A stretch of 64,000 nt of DNA. Source: Bigelowiella natans CCMP2755. Taxonomy: Eukaryota; Protista; Cercozoa. A model generated the notes under the pieces. The model searched no databases. It saw only the letters and a list, made by a program, of their open reading frames with translations, and was not told where the DNA came from. Every line of letters starts with the position of its first letter. Within the stretch, counting starts at the first letter, position 1. Positions 25,861 through 39,012 of this stretch are shown here, piece after piece. Where the stretch lies: positions 1 through 64,000 of the forward strand of contig ADNK01001197.1 in NCBI GenBank assembly GCA_000320545.1, written 5' to 3'. The position numbers were made by a program, and so were the translations under genes.

Positions 25861-26339
25861 GAAGGACTGCTCTTCTGAAAGGGAAGATAAGGAGGAGGAA
25901 AATGTCTATCACGACAACAGAAAGAAGGCAGAGGCTGGTTTTAGCAGTGATGGAGAACGTAAAAAGAACAACAGCAGCGGAATGGAGGAAAGAGGACAAG
26001 AGAAAGAGGAAGGAAAAAATCATGGTGATGATGATGGGAAGGAAAGAAAAGCTCCGAACAGGGGAGGGGAGGGCAGCAGCAGCAGCAGGGCGGAAATGGA
26101 AGAAAAGGAAGAAACTGTAAGCTGCTGGATATGCAAAGGATCTGGTTATTATTTAACTAAAGACACAAAGACACTAAACAACAACATCGGAACAGCATTA
26201 ATAGTATTATTATAATCACCGCTTCCTTATGACTGCTGCTGATATCATTATTGAAAAGGCAAAACGAGCGAGTGGCTCACGTCTTATCAGCAGAAAGGTC
26301 AGTTTCTGAGCCCACTACTACTGCTACACTACTTTTATC

Positions 26340-26370
<31 letters not shown>

Positions 26371-26820
26371 TTCTAAGAATTGCATAAAAGCATTCAAACT
26401 ACCGCTTTCCCCTGCCATCATGTTTCTTTGGTTATCTGGAATCGCATCAATCACTCCCCCACTACTACTATAACTTGTAATTGACGCTGATTCATTGTTG
26501 CTACTCTCTTCTTATCATCACCATTAGATTCAGAGCTGACATGCATAATATGCTTTGGGGATGCTCAATGGGGTTGGACTACTAGTAGTAGTAGTAGTAG
26601 TAGTAGTAGGAAAACAGCCACACACTTTGGCGCAGTAGCAAAGATTATGCGTGTCACAATTGTGGTACATCTTCTTCGATTGAGATTGATGATGGTGAGG
26701 GGCTGCTCCCCGTGAATGATGCATTTATTTTACACACCACCATACATCATCATGATCTGTGCGAGTGTCCTTTTGTATATGTGTCTGTTTTTTGGATATA
26801 TTATTAACCGTCAATATCCA

Positions 26821-26892
<72 letters not shown>

Positions 26893-27881
26893 TCATCCAA
26901 GGGATTTCCACAAGTTGCAGCCATTTCTTCTGCAAGGAATGCATCAGAATGTCCCTTGAGTCAATGTTGGAGCAGGTGATGCCAAACAGGAAAAAGAAGG
27001 AGGATGGAAGGAAGGGAGGGGGGGGGGGGAGAAGAGGGTCCATCAACTAAGTAGTCACTATGCTCCACTTCGATACTATTTTTCAGATCAGGGAATGTTG
27101 GAATTCAGCTTTCTTGTTCTATTCTTAACTTATCATGTGAAATTGAATATGGTTGGATATATGCTGTTGAATAACTTATAGGGCCAGTTTCCTGCATTTT
27201 GTCCAGGATGTAGAGCAGAGGGGTAATAATAGTGAGTGAGTGAGTCTACGCAAAAGAAAGGGACAATGATTAATTCTATTTGCTTATTCTTTAAGCATAG
27301 TAAGAAAATCCACCACCATCATCACTGGGGGGGAGGGGGGGGAGGGGGGGGGAACAGAAGCAGCAACATTAAATATCATCCAATAGCGCTTTGATGAATA
27401 CATACACATGAGAATTGAATTTTATTCTAGTTGATATTCTTTAGGATATCAGCTACAGAAGACAGTAAGGAGGAGCACGGAGGTAGGATGATAGCATCGT
27501 CATCTTTGCAAAGAAGAAGACAGCTTCGACGGAAAGGTTAGTGTTGATGGTGAGAAGTAGTAAGTCCCCTCGGATAGTACGCGGTTCATGCTGATTGATC
27601 GGCAAAGATCGCGTTGAATTGAATGTGGTTCGATGCGCCAGCCGCTCTGCTACCTGCATCACCCCACTGCCAACATGTTGCCAATTTACTATTTAGAGTA
27701 GATTTGCGTAGGACTGACATCTAGTGCCACCGACAATGAAGCTCCAAACATCTGCATCACTGACGTCCATCGCGTTTACAAGCCGTTGCTGTCATGGGTT
27801 TTTTGGTTCTTTTCTGGTGTGTGTGAAAGGGAGGATTGAGGACACAGCTCTAACTTTCTTGCAGCGTCGAGGGTACTACTG

Positions 27882-27912
<31 letters not shown>

Positions 27913-29432
27913 CACTACCACATGCGCAGTGGATTGCTTGCAGATTTCATACCACGTTGTAGTAGTAGTAGTACATCATCACCATAATGCAAATCGTTGT
28001 TGTCGTCATACAAACACCAGGGTGATAACAAAGGATTTGCAGTTCCGGTTTATGAAGCAGCAGCAGCAAAGCAACAAAATCAAAACGGAAAGAAAAGACG
28101 GAACCGAGGTGATAAACTCCTTTCTAATGGAGAAACTTCGGGTTGATTGAGCAGGGGCGGGGGAGTGTGCTGTCATCATCCACAGCAATTTAGGCAGCAG
28201 ATGTAGCAACAAAGCTTAACATTATGGGCGGTCATCTGTCCTTTACCCGTTTATTCAAATTCATTTCATAGAACTATTGGCATCGCCTCCCTTTCATCCT
28301 CCCGACTAACTACTCCTTCGTTTCATTATCATCGTCGTCGTCATCACCATCAAGGGTTTCTTCAAATGCCCTGCAAAATGCGGAAACTATCTCATCGCAG
28401 AGAAAGCAACTTATTCTACCCTCATAGAAGAAGGTGTCTCATTCACCACAGCAGATCACAAACATAATCTTCTCCTCCCCTCTTTCTCACATTCTTCAAC
28501 CATTTTGCCTCGGGCGTTTTCCTCCCTACTTCTAATTCCTTTGTTTGATCTAATCCAATCTACGGAAACCCTCATTGCAAGGTCCAAGCGGTCCAATGGC
28601 AGTTTCAAGATTGCACCCAGGAATGTGTCCTTGTGGAGCGGTTGTTTGCCTCAAGTGCAAAGTATTCGAAGCCCAATTCCATCACCATGATAGCGAACAT
28701 CGTCGTCGAGGCGCTATCTTAATCCGATTAAAACAAAAAACCGTCACTAAATGAAATATGCTGTCTTCATCAGGAAAGACTTGACCCTGAAATTGCCGAA
28801 TTCCATGTCTGTGGACGTCAACATAGGGTCTCTCAGACTCCCTAAAGAAGAATCACTTGCGCTTAACGATGAGCTATAATTAATACTAAACAGTAATAGT
28901 AATAATAATGATCGTGCGCGCTATCACTGGGAAAACTTCGTGCATGGTGCGGGTTGTGATCGTTAATTACCGCACTAATTCATTGCAATGCGAAGGGGCT
29001 GGTTATGGATGAAGCCACCAGGAAAGAGTTAGAGAAAAGCGGCAAACAGTGTCCAAATTGTGGAAAGTGGATTCAGAAGGTACTATTTTGTACGGCGCAT
29101 TTCTGCAACCTGTTGCATTCTAAATCTGCTTATTTTGGTTCTCAGAGCGGGGGATGCAGTGTTATGATGTGCGGAACTTCAGCCCATGGCAAATTAGAGG
29201 ATGCGATGCGAAATGGAGGATGTGGCTTGCAATTCGATTGGAATACTCTCAAGCCTATAAGCTCATTCTACTATGGCATCAATGGAGAACGAAAAACAGG
29301 TATACTGACGTACGCATTACAAGCATTTTCCAATATGATTTGGATGTTACATTGTTATCGAAAACAGGGATTCCAAGTGCTGATGAGCGACGTCAGGTAT
29401 TAAGAATGATTCTCAGCAACGTTGATGCTTAG
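22180..29432 (+). CDS. RBR (RING1-IBR-RING2) E3 ubiquitin ligase with long N-terminal helical region; many exons
   Basis: RING1 pieces ELTCIICFG (~26535), HFFCKECIRMSLESMLEQ (~26920), GQFPAFCPGC (~27185). IBR FFKCPAKCGNYL (~28360) and CPCGAVVCLKCK (~28625). RING2 KQCPNCGKWIQK|SGGCSVMMCG...CGLQFDW (29040-29240) with the catalytic GGC cysteine. Start MGALES; last exon IPSADERRQVLRMILSNVDA*. Linkage of the 5' exons to the RBR exons is inferred. Confidence 0.8.
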
Positions 29433-29499
29433 GAAAATGTACAAAAGTGTAATAGAGTGAGGTTACGTGTGTGTAGAAATTTGAATCCATGATTCTGAA

Positions 29500-30270
29500 A
29501 AAGATGGTTTCAAAGCGCCTACTGCCTGATTAGAGCTAGGCGGCATCGAGTTATTGACTTGTCAAAACCTTTTGACAGCCCCTGCATGACTGTGGCAATG
29601 CATGCATCGCCCCCCCCATCAGGCCAATGCGCAGAGACAGCTGTGTTTTTGTGCCACGCTAGCACGCAAATGAATCGAAACGCAGCACGCCTTCACATCA
29701 CCGGCTCGAGTGTCTTCATCAAGCTGCTGCATGCCATGCAATCACATACACACTCTAGTCATGCGCTGCATCAAGCAAAGAGCCAATCTAGAAATCCACA
29801 GCAGCGCAGTTACAGTCTGAGTTAGTGACTGTACTAACATGCATTTCTACTGCTGATTGGTCACCTTTCGAATGCACCGGAATTTGCACGCATTATCAAT
29901 CTCTTTCTAGCTTGTAGATGCGATGGGCACTTGCTTATGCTAGTCACCTTGCATGTGAAACAATCTAGCAATGCAGAGAATTCATCTGAACATTGCTAAT
30001 GATTGGAGTAGAAGCTGTCGATTGCGTGCAGACGAACATGGCTCTGTATGCAACAAACTTCATTGCTTCATCGTGTCATTTGAAAAGGGCACTTTTGCCA
30101 CAGCAATAGATGTTCTAATCGTTCTCTGCAGAGCAATGATGCTCGTGTGCAACAGAATATGTAGCAGCCAGCCGTTACTACGCCAATAATACGTAGCTAC
30201 GTGCACTGCATAGGTGCATGTCTGGATGCATGTAGATGTGGACGCTCGAGTCAGACTCTAGAGCCTCTGT
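29500..30270. other. Palindrome-rich (TGCA/CATG/CTAG) spacer between convergent genes; putative termination/boundary zone 2
   Basis: Dense TGCA/CATG (atgcatgcat, tgcatgcc, ggatgcatg) plus about 8 CTAG. Lies between the RBR stop (29432, +) and the Ste24 stop (30329, -). Weaker CTAG signal than the other three zones. Confidence 0.6.
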
Positions 30271-30328
30271 TTTTAAGAATTACATCACGAGAAAAGTACT
30301 CATATGGTATGATCGCACATAATCGCCA

Positions 30329-33129
30329 TCATGCTGCTTTCTTTCCTGCTGCATCAATAGCTGCAAGCCGTTGAACCAATGGTGGGTGGCTGCGATGAGA
30401 AAATTTCAACTTAAAATCAATTCCCATCGGAATCATCAACAACATCAAAACCATTCTCATCATCCAATATGATATGAATGCTACCTGTGGTGATATGCAC
30501 TGTACATCCAGTCAGGTACCATCGTTCCCAAGTTTTCTTCTTGAAGCTGTAAGTACGTGAAGACATCATGTTCATTTTCACCCAGAAAAATGGCTGCGAC
30601 ACCGAATGCAAATCGCTTCTTACCTTAATCAGACCGGAACGCAAGAAAGGTGCATAGCCCAGATTCACTGCGAATTCTGATTTTTGAAGAAGACACAGGA
30701 GGGGGGGAGAGTAATGATGGAGGAGATGATCATGGATACCTGCAATAAGAACGCTGCTGGTAAGAGTATTATAATTACCATCTGCTTCAAATTCGCACTT
30801 TCTACTCCACATTGTCATCAGCAATCCAATCACATGGGCGATCTACAACAATACAGGCTGCGTGAAAAATCAAGCTCCAACCAAAATCATAAAGCACTCT
30901 TATGTTCTCTCACCGGTGAATAGATATAGAAGAAGAGAATAAGGCCAATAATCGTGGCATTTTTCTTTTCTTTGAAACTGAAGCATTAGGCAGATGTGGT
31001 TATCAATATTTGTAAAAAACAACAAAAACAAAATACAATAAAACAAAATAGTACTAAACACCCGAATGATTCGTAAAGCTCTTGGTTTCCGATGAAACGA
31101 GAGAACAGCCATAACATAGCCTGCCCAAGGTGTTTTGTTAGACTGCGCATATGAATAGTTTCGAGCTGCTGTTTTTATCATCATTATTATTATCATTACT
31201 ACTACTACCAGCATCTGTGCGGCCCCTATAAACATATTCTTCAGAGTGTGGCTTAGCTTCCAGTGCCCTAACTCATGAGCCAGTACCTTGTAGTAGCAGC
31301 AGCAGTAGCAGCAGCAGGTCATCAAAACCACGGCAGCAAACACACCGTTCAACCGCATCATCATTTGCACATCCGTGATAGGTAGGCTGAATGATTAAGT
31401 ATTGCGTATTATTATCATCACCGCGACTATTTCTGGTTCCGTGTTTTGTCTGATAAGGGTATCGTAGAGCACGATTCTCTTGTTGTTGCAGAACCCGTAC
31501 ATGTAGGCATTGCTGTGGCTGGATCGTTTCGATCTTAACAAAGAAAGGAAGGCAACTTAAACAACGTGACATTGTTAAAACGCTGCCACCGGTTTCAGCA
31601 TCTCACCCGTCTATCTGGTATAACTCCTTGAGGGGGAAATCAATGTCCTTCTTCGATGCCAACTCCTGGAATAGAACAACCACCGTGTTATCAAATGGAT
31701 ATCAGCTGGCTATCACGGTGAGGGTATCAACACTTACTTCTATTGCTTTCTTCAGATTGCTCTCCGGCAAGGTCTCGACCTTGAGTACAACCTCTCGTAA
31801 ATTCATTCAATGTTGGAAAACTCAATGAAACGAACTGACCTTGTTGAAGCACGGTTGGATATAGTTTGGATATATGTACATCATGATGAACTGGAATGCC
31901 ATCAAAAATGCCCAAACATAGAGATAAAACCTGAAAGTATGGTTAGCTGTTAGTTAAACTATAATTCCATGCATGTGTGAGTCTGAATAATCAGTGTATG
32001 TATTCTGTGTTTCTTCAATGTAATCTACACTACAAACGTAACATTTTTGTCTCTAAGGATTTAATACCGCTCGCCTCCCCAATTAATAAGAGTTATCAGA
32101 ATGCACAACAAAGGGGCTCCGATGATGCAGGTGAGGATAATTTCCTTCCCTGCCAAAAAATCGATAATCGTTCATAAATTGCCACGAGTTTCAACATAAT
32201 CACTATCATGTGGTATACTACCCATATCCGTGAAGTAAAGACCTGATGATCGCATGTATAAATGTTATCGTCTTAACAAAGGTGAAAAGCTGTGCAAATA
32301 CCAAGAGTCATTTCTTCTGATTTGAATCCGTGCCGCTCCTCTAGGACGAAAGTGGAGTACAGAGAGAAAGGCAGTCTCACGATCTATTACGATCAAGCCC
32401 ATTAGAGTAAATGATTGATTTCCGCGTCATAAGCATCATTGTCGATACTTTCTTTTATTGTTGAAATTACCTTGGACGCCATTGTGAGAATGCCTTGGAA
32501 AGCTAGTGAGCGCAACAGCTCCGAATCTTCGCTAATCCCAAACCTGCACATGGTGACGGGAAAAGTGGGTGTAGCCCTCCCAGCAAACACCTCATTTGAC
32601 GTAAAATCTGACTAGTACCAGTTAGGGATTCCTTCCCATAGAAAAGGGTAGACGAAGAGGACAATCGATAAAGTACTTTCGATTTCAAAAAAGAGCGTGG
32701 ACACTAGTTTGAACCTCATCTGGCGAAACAACAACAGATGAGATGGTGAGACAGAACATCTATTCAAAGCTTAGATGGTGTATGCTCCGATACTTTGTCT
32801 GCGTTGTAGTCTTGCGAGCGGAGAAAATTTTTCTCTGAAATCAGGCTCTGAAGGTCCTTCGGTCTCTTCTCCACGAAGTAAAGATTGTACTTGGAACATG
32901 AAGCAGAGTATGTATCATGTTAGCACATCTGATATGCTTTACTTTCAATCGAATACCTGTCTAATGTCAAGGTAGCTTTCAAAAGCGCACACCGCAATGG
33001 AGAAGAGCAAGGTTGCCTGTATTATTCATAAGAAAGCCCTCGCAGTAAATTTTTACAAACGCCACATTCACGCATTTCGTACAGGTGACAACTGTGGCAT
33101 CATACCGTGAGATACGGAAACGAATCCAT
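30329..33129 (-). CDS. STE24: CaaX prenyl protease 1 (Ste24/ZMPSTE24, peptidase M48), multi-exon
   Basis: First exon MDSFPYLT (ATG at 33129), then [20 protein letters not shown], zinc motif [44 protein letters not shown], and C-terminal [19 protein letters not shown]. Confidence 0.93.
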
Positions 33130-33173
33130 TGCCACGACGGATAAGAACTTTGGACGACGGTTTGGGCTGTGCT

Positions 33174-33205
33174 ATGGTGTGGTGTGGCGTGGTGTGGTGT
33201 GGTGT
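33174..33205. repeat. (GTGGT)n pentanucleotide repeat about 45 nt upstream of the STE24 start codon
   Basis: atggtgtggtgtggcgtggtgtggtgtggtgt read directly. Confidence 0.7.
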
Positions 33206-33628
33206 TGCAGTTTGGCGCGCAGGTTGTGAGCGTCTCCCTTCCTTCGACAAATGATCTCTTATGAACAAATCGACTCGACCAACGAGATCTTACGAGTGGT
33301 AAAAACACACTGCGTTTGTGGAAATTGGCCTTCATTCTTTTGAGTTTCTGTCCTTTGGGCATTGTCGTAGGTTCCTTTTTGGAAGTCCTTTCGTTCGGAA
33401 GAACGATTGTAGGTCGAGCCCCCCCCGCTAGGACGTGTGAATGGGCGCTCATTAGGGTTACTGCTTCATCGTCGGGGCTTTCTTGGTCATCCATTCTCCA
33501 GACTCATGTTTCCAGAATCATATGTTTACATAGTATGCATCATGCGCTGGCATTAGGAAAATTCTAGAAATAGAGAAATCTACATTTTGAAGAAGCTGTG
33601 AGAAGACCCTGCAAGTTAATCATTTAGA

Positions 33629-34096
33629 ATGCCTGTTTGTACACGACAACGAGCACGACTTCAGTTGACTAAGATGACCACTGGAAAACAACGACAAAAC
33701 AAGATAGATATGAAGAACGGAGAAAGAACTGCCTCGCGAAAGGAGGATGTTGAAGGCCATGAACCTGATCTCGCGCGTGGTACAAAATACGATGCTTTAG
33801 AATGCACAGTGAAACAGGATTTTAAGCAGCAGAAATGTGTGCGCTGGAAAGACTTAGAGAGCCGAGAATCATCAAACAGAAGTATAAGGAAGTGGCAAAA
33901 CTACTACTATCCTCAAAAAGATACAGTAAAGTTGTTTTCTCCTCGGAAACGGATTCAAGGACCTAAAAGGCCATTATCAGACGCAAGCACATTAAAATCT
34001 GTGTTCTCCCCAACAATACGAAGAAATAAAAGATCACATTCCTATTATGTATCCCCACGGAAGAAAGTGCGCAGGGAACAAATGAACAAAATATAA
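33629..34096 (+). CDS. Hypothetical basic protein (155 aa, intronless as predicted)
   Basis: Uninterrupted, non-microsatellite K/R-rich ORF with SP motifs (FSPRKR, VSPRKK). Divergent from STE24 and followed by a palindrome-rich spacer like the other + genes. No family recognised. Confidence 0.5.
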   Translation: MPVCTRQRARLQLTKMTTGKQRQNKIDMKNGERTASRKEDVEGHEPDLARGTKYDALECTVKQDFKQQKCVRWKDLESRESSNRSIRKWQNYYYPQKDTVKLFSPRKRIQGPKRPLSDASTLKSVFSPTIRRNKRSHSYYVSPRKKVRREQMNKI

Positions 34097-34199
34097 TGAA
34101 ATACACTTGAACTGAAAGGCAGCGAAAGAAGAAAGCATTCGTTACCCACCGAGAAGGTCATGCATGACGAGATTGTGTGAGTAGACACAGAGGTTCAAA

Positions 34200-35100
34200 A
34201 AGAACTTAGCATTACAAGTTCAGGTACTCAACAATGCGCATCAGCAGCGTGTAGTCACGCGTTCAGTGCATTTAGGGACACGAAATGCTAGAGTGCATGC
34301 AGATGCGTTACTAGACTGGGAATGGGATCATGACACCAGTGATGCAGGCGACCGCACGCCGCAGCGCCGTTCGTGGCGGCGCAACGTGCAACACATTACA
34401 CACAACCATCTAGCTAGATGGCACTGCTAGACTGGAACGTGCGCTGCAATAATGCACATGAAATTGGCGTTGTCGTTGCTGCGTCGCCGCAACAGTTTAG
34501 TGTTCTAGAGTTGCATATGGCGACCACTACGTCTAGACGTGCGCGTCACCAAGTGGAAAGACCTTCCAGGTCTAGAGGTCTGCGGGTGGCAGATGGTCTA
34601 GTGGTGCTGCCAGTCTAGCAGTGCCAAATACGCTATGCACCTAGCTAACGAGTACGTAACAATGTAGCATGCGCGTCATATCATGCATGGCTAGGCTATG
34701 TACGCAGTCACATGAACACTTTCCGTGCTAGCTAGTTAATGGTCAAGATGTAAATATGTACGTAAACACAACGATGATGTGTGAGAGCGCACAGCTAGAC
34801 AGCGCATGCTGACATGCTCTAGTGTATGTGTGCCTGCTAACTAGCTAGCTAGCTATCTCTGTGCTAGTATGGTGAAAACCTGTACGTTCGCTGTCGACGC
34901 CACGCACGCCAGCTAGCCAGCGCTATAGCGCAGCGCCACCGAACATTCTTATTCGGCACACATTTACAATTATAAGCATTTGTACCTCTGTAGATATGTC
35001 ACATCCTGGCACAGACTAGGCAGAATTTTGCAACCGGAGGCAGAGGTGGTGGCCATGTCTAGACGTACCTAGGTACGTCTAAACGCGCATTGCAGGCATA
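34200..35100. other. Palindrome-rich (CTAG/GCATGC/ACGT) spacer between convergent genes; putative termination/boundary zone 3
   Basis: More than 20 CTAG by eye in 0.9 kb, CTAGCTAGCTAGCTA at ~34841, ACAGCTAGAC at 34791-34800, gacgtacctaggtacgtc palindrome at ~35062-35079. Lies between the ORF stop at 34096 (+) and the channel stop at 35138 (-). Confidence 0.75.
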
Positions 35101-35137
35101 TTTTACAAATTATGAATTTCTAATGATTTTATAAATT

Positions 35138-36842
35138 TTAAAATTTGCGCGGCTTCTCAACCGTCGCTTTTGAATGTACCTCCTGTAAAGGAGCATGCAA
35201 ACGCTGGAATTTGTACAATGGTCGAAGAAACCACAAGGTTCCGAGAACTACCAGGATGATATATACTATCGCGGACCATTTATCAAATTCATCAAGTTCT
35301 GATTCGGTAAGTGTGCCGCTATGCCGAGGGAAAAACAAAAAAACAGAGACAAAATGAAGTGGAAAAATTCAGCGATCCATGAATAAAATACTTGTGTTTG
35401 CATTTTAAAATTGAATTAAGATTACTCTTTCATAAATTGATAGACCAGTCCATTTTGGCCCCAAGCTGCGAACACAAGAGCGAAGCACCAGGTGAACCTG
35501 AAACGATAGAATAGTTTACACCACAACAACTGATTTCTTTGCAAAAGTAAAAGAAACATAGTGCAAGAAAAGTAAAAGAAACATAGTGCAAGGGCTGATT
35601 TTGACCATATGTCGATCCTCATCACGTAAGGCACTCTAGGTAACATCTGCACCGCAATGAAGTACAGAGCTATCTCGGACAACACAATTGTTCCAGACAC
35701 AGAGAATCGGTCTGCAACTTCCTCAGCCGCCACCTACCATATCGAAATTAAACAACGGTGGGCGATGACACACACGCCCCAGTTATTTGAGTATTACGAT
35801 GTTTCGAAAGTGAAGTGGCTACTCTTTTTCATGGCTGCTTTTGTTAGAATAGCAGCAGCAAAAGGGAAGCATCACCTGGAACGTCGAAAGTGCCATGAAA
35901 GACAACAATAACTGCGGCATCACAAGCCGCATGATATAGTACCTAGTGGGGGTTGTGAAGATATAGAGGTACTACTACAAAACTGCTTGTGTATTTCTAG
36001 CAGTAGTAGTAGTTGTTGTAGTAGTAGTAGTAGTAATGGCTAGCAAGCTTCCTACCCACACGTTAGATGATATATTGAAACACTACTACTAATACAACAA
36101 CTACTTCTACTACTACTGCCACGACTACCATGGATTTCGAGCCAGCGTGAGCCTTATTACAACTTCCGGATAACTTGAAATAAGTAGAAAAAAATATAAC
36201 AACGAAAAACGTTAGTCCGCCTTCAAGTCTTTAAGTCAAACCCGTCAAGCATGATGTTTTCAGTTTTCGAATTCTGTTGGTGGCGCTGCGGATTGGGAAG
36301 GAAGCATAGCTGCTTCTATTTCATATAAAAGAAAGTGATAGTGGTGCCATGAATGGTTAGGGCTCACATACGGGTCGGAAGAATCGTCGTAGCATGTGAA
36401 ATACTGGTACTTGTGCTCTCGAACGATAATGCGATGATCGACAAGCGCATACCTGTGCATAATCGGTAAATAACGGGATAGCGCATTAGAAATTATTAGC
36501 ATTAAACACATAGCACGTCTCTTTCCCCTTCCTTGAATATTAAATGAATGTCTACTCGTTGAGCTGACGAATCTTCGAGTCTATCTCCATCTCGCCTAAG
36601 GAGCGAAGGGGAAGCAGAAGAGGAGATAAGGAGGAGGAAAAAGATGAGGAAGAAAGCTTAATTGCTTTATGTTTTGTCCGTTTTTGAGACTTCCACAGCT
36701 TTTTTTAAATGCAAGTTTTAATGCTCATTTGATGTCATCAAATGAATCACAATCACCATTCACGTCACGAAACAGCATAAGGCAGCACAGCGCATGCCAC
36801 GTATGGAAGTATGTACACAGTACGACACAACTACAATGATTG

Positions 36843-36873
<31 letters not shown>

Positions 36874-38710
36874 ACGTGTGGATGCAACGAGCAATATATG
36901 ACGATATCAACCAAAACAACCCAAAGTCTAACATCTAAAACGCTTTTTCACCAGCGACTATCTTGAGGTCTTTCGTTGTCCAACCTACCCATTTAATGAG
37001 GGTGGTGATGATGATGGTGATGATGATGACCATGATGATGATGAGGATGTGACGATGATGATGATTATGTGATGCAGCGACGCGAAAATATTCTCCGTAG
37101 TACATGCCCACTTCTTTGTTGTCGATACTTATTCAAAAATTAAACATGTATGCTAGTATTATTACCAAATTGAATCTCAGTATCCAAATGCAATGTGTCA
37201 AACGGGAATTGCTGCAACATTGGAGTATGCGTATATTATAAGCTCCTCCTCCTCCTCCTCCTCCTCCTCCTCCTTAGCCCACATGTGCATACCAAACCCC
37301 CGACAACAAAAAATACGAGAAAAGGGTTTTTCCCAACAAAGTAAGTCGAAACATTAAAATAATCGATTGAAAGTTTATATACGCCTATGATTCTTCTATT
37401 ATGTTGTTTAGACGTAACATGTGATGAACATTTGGCACTTGATCTCTCTTCTTTCTCTCCCCCCCCCCCTCCCTGGTATTTCTCATATACCACCTTCAGA
37501 GGCATCTGTTGAAAGAGTGTCGGAATAACCCTTTGAATCAAATTTGTATTTTGAAGAATTACAAAAGTACGTGGGGAATGGCTCATCGTAAAAGCACACC
37601 ATTATAGCACTCAACAACACACACACACACACACAAGAAGAGACATTCACACACATACTGACATATGTTTTAAAAAAAAAACCGCTATCTAATAGAAACA
37701 CAGGTGGTGTTAATAGTACGTAAAGCACCTTCTATATGAGCAGATAACTGGCCGCTTCCTGAGCGAGTAGACATCCGTATTCTTTTCTACCTCCTCAACC
37801 TTTTCTATCGTGTTACCTGCCAGGATTTTTCAGATTTGTGGAGCTTAGTGCCATAAATTCTTGCTCTAATTATTGTTGCGAAGGAAACGAGTCGCGTGGT
37901 AGTACTACTACCAAATTGCATCCATGGCTTCCACATATCTTCAGTTTTGCGTTTAAGACTCCAGTCCTCCTTCAGCTCTCCTGCGGTCAATTATCTTCAT
38001 AACGAATATGCAACGTAGCTACGAGCGGCGGAAGAACTAAACACATGTTTGCGTAGGTGTGTTGTGAGGATCACGTGATATGCTATTCAGGGATGTACAA
38101 CTCATAAGTGTAGAATAAGTGTAGAATTAGCACTTAGGGTTGGCAAGTTGACTACAAAACACGAAGTCACCGTCATCTATCCAGTCCATTAAAATAGCAA
38201 GGTCTGGCTTGAAGTACTGCGATGATATTAGAATACATACGTAAAACATATAGTAGAATAAGAAGTGGGAAATTATCGCTGCTAGGCTCTACCCCTCCCC
38301 CTCTTCTTTCTCCCTGTCCTGCATCCCTCCATCTTGTTTTCCAACATGCACTTTCGTACATGGGCAGGTGCGTGCGTAGTAGTTAGAACAGCAGAACATC
38401 ACAGCTCATCACATCCATTATCCGTACTCCTTACCTCGTCTATGAGATTCACTTCGAGAAGATTATTTACCATGCACGAGAATAGCACAATCTAAAAGCA
38501 GCGTGGGTTATACAAGAGACAAATGATTCCTATTGAAGATTGCTTATTAAGTTGATTCGTCTCTTTTCCAATATATACATATTCTCTTCTTTAACTAGTT
38601 TAATGCATATAGGCAGCGACATTTGTGTATGCAAGGTGGGTGATACAATGATTCACTATTAATATGCGAACGATGAATAAATCAATTATCTTACTAAATA
38701 CTTTCTATGT

Positions 38711-38743
<33 letters not shown>

Positions 38744-38972
38744 CAGCCCGCTTACAAAATACCTTGGGGCCATGTTTTGAGTCATGGCCTGGCTTCCGGT
38801 TTAAATCCAGCTATAACAGGCAGCCAAACAATTTAATGTCGTTTGTATTACCCCCCCCCCCCCCTTTTTCTTCAGAGACAAGTGGGGTAGGGCATATTTG
38901 ACGATGACCATCGCCGTCCATTGTTTTTCCTCCTCGTATAGCTTCAGAGGGGCGCCTTTTTTTTTTAACGCG

Positions 38973-39012
<40 letters not shown>

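Noticed and set aside
5441-33129. Functional cluster for endocytosis or lipidation (Rab5, surface receptor, myristoylated E3, CaaX protease)
   Set aside because: Only a loose thematic link. Rab5 here ends in CCGGKK, not a CaaX box, and there is no evidence of co-regulation or conserved synteny.
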